Virus record (IMG/VR): IMGVR_UViG_3300008050_007680 | Location: 56,953 to 76,952 of that record | Reading direction: 5' to 3' (one strand) | Length of the DNA: 20,000 nt | Source of the DNA: an uncultured virus (IMG/VR IMGVR_UViG_3300008050_007680) | Taxonomy: Duplodnaviria > Heunggongvirae > Uroviricota > Caudoviricetes | Shown: piece after piece, positions 19,364 through 20,000 of the stretch | Numbering within the stretch: position 1 is the stretch's first letter | Layout of the letters: each line of letters begins with the position of its first letter | Notes under the pieces: generated by a model | Told to the model about the DNA's origin: nothing | What the model saw: only the letters and a program-made list of their open reading frames with translations | Database searches by the model: none | Program-made: the position numbers and the translations under genes

Positions 19364-19795
19364 ATGGTTTATTATTGTGAGATTAAATCGCATAAAAATG
19401 TGGTTAGCGATAGCACTGATAAGTATCGCAGGAACTGGGCCATTGGAGCAGCATCTGTCACTGAGTGCTTTTCCTTAACGGGAAATGTAGAGGCTTTATT
19501 GTATTTCATGGATGGTGTATTACATCGTATGCATGGGCCATCATATATCAAGTACCACGATGATGGATCTTTACAATTTCTAATATATAGAAGAAGCGGC
19601 AATCTCCATAGAGAAGATGGTCCTGCTGAAGTTGTCTTGAGCAAGGATTGCTACATCATGGATGCTTATTATTATTTACATGACATAGAATATTCTTGTA
19701 CTGAATATCGCTTATATCTTTTATTAAAGAATGACTTTGAAGCTCTAAAAAATACTTACACCAAAAAATATCATGCACCAGAATTGTTGCAATAA
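19364..19795 (+). CDS. ORF12, LHRxDGPA (MORN-variant-like) repeat protein; start codon uncertain
   Basis: Two repeat units, GVLHRMHGPSYIKY (~19514-19555) and GNLHREDGPAEVVL (~19598-19639), followed by YYYLHDIEYS. This repeat type is common in large phages and giant viruses. Alternative starts are GTG 19400 and ATG 19508. Confidence 0.65.
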   Translation: MVYYCEIKSHKNVVSDSTDKYRRNWAIGAASVTECFSLTGNVEALLYFMDGVLHRMHGPSYIKYHDDGSLQFLIYRRSGNLHREDGPAEVVLSKDCYIMDAYYYLHDIEYSCTEYRLYLLLKNDFEALKNTYTKKYHAPELLQ

Positions 19796-19815
19796 GTTAT
19801 AACTCGTGATACAAT
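19787..19815 (+). promoter_or_regulatory. sigma70-type promoter P2 with extended -10
   Basis: TTGCAA (19787-19792), 17-nt spacer, TACAAT (19810-19815) with TGn at 19807-19809. The spacer contains the perfect palindrome AGTTATAACT (19795-19804). Confidence 0.7.
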
Positions 19816-19848
19816 GATGATATGTCATATCAACGTGAGGAAGAAATT

Positions 19849-20000
19849 GTGAGCATAAGAGATCACCTCCTCAGCAGGGGGGGTTGACACAACATCTATT
19901 AATGTGTATTTGAATGAGATAGAGGGTATAGCGACGTTTCCGATCTGGAACATGTCAGGACAACTTGCAGGTTACCAACAATATAATCCAGCACGAGCAA
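19849..20000 (+). CDS. ORF13, 3'-truncated small DNA primase-like protein, frameshifted at a G7 run (absent from the ORF track)
   Basis: GAGG (19837-19840), 8 nt, then GTG 19849. An in-frame ATG at 19822 lies 6 nt after the P2 -10. As read, the frame stops at TGA 19885-19887. Removing one G from 19877-19883 gives MSIRDHLLSRGVDTTSINVYLNEIEGIATFPIWNMSGQLAGYQQYNPARA, open to the window end. This matches the DnaG-type catalytic-core N-terminal pattern (Y/H)LxxRG...FPIxxxxGxxxG. Confidence 0.6.

Larger units (their letters stand above)
19331..19815 (+). repeat. Pair of diverged 30-bp direct repeats (19331-19360 and 19786-19815) flanking ORF12
   Basis: GTTGTAATAAGTTATAGCCCGCGTTATAAT vs GTTGCAATAAGTTATAACTCGTGATACAAT: 24/30 identical, no gaps. 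Confidence 0.85.

Noticed and set aside
1719..19644. Numerous 60-155 aa minus-strand ORFs and short alternate-frame plus-strand ORFs in the track
   Set aside because: All are nested within or almost wholly overlap long + strand genes, mostly in the codon-mirror frame. They show no recognisable motif and look like shadow ORFs.
19364..19795. ORF12 repeats as evidence for a diversity-generating retroelement target or a giant-virus origin
   Set aside because: No reverse transcriptase or adenine-specific template/variable repeat pair was seen. Prokaryotic SD and promoter signals and gene overlaps dominate the window.
19884..19912. Perfect TTGACA as a possible third promoter
   Set aside because: The hexamer 17 nt downstream is TATTTG, a poor -10, and the site lies in coding sequence.
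1..20000. tRNA, rRNA, CRISPR array, IS/integrase, intron or intein, intrinsic terminators
   Set aside because: None recognised by eye, and intergenic gaps are 75 nt or less. The 11-nt 16S match is far too short to be an rRNA gene fragment.

Overview
AT-rich, gene-dense window with every credible gene on the + strand, in standard code 11 (TAA, TGA and TAG all act as stops). It reads as part of a large tailed bacteriophage genome, most likely the tail/baseplate module. This is inferred from motifs only; no database search was run. Positions 1-19331 hold 11 tightly coupled putative virion-protein genes. They include two LamG/ConA-like lectin-domain proteins, two FN3/Ig-like repeat proteins, a 1339-aa helical protein and two paralogue pairs (ORF4/ORF8 and ORF9/ORF11) whose motifs resemble the two halves of a tail-collar/baseplate-attachment domain. 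A subset of these proteins is strongly enriched in a dispersed [S/T]-G-S tripeptide. The right end switches to a different module. A 'LHRxDGPA'-repeat gene is bracketed by two diverged copies of a 30-bp sigma70-type promoter. It is followed by a primase-like gene, missing from the ORF track, that is frameshifted at a G7 run next to an 11-nt copy of the 16S rRNA 3' (anti-SD) sequence.
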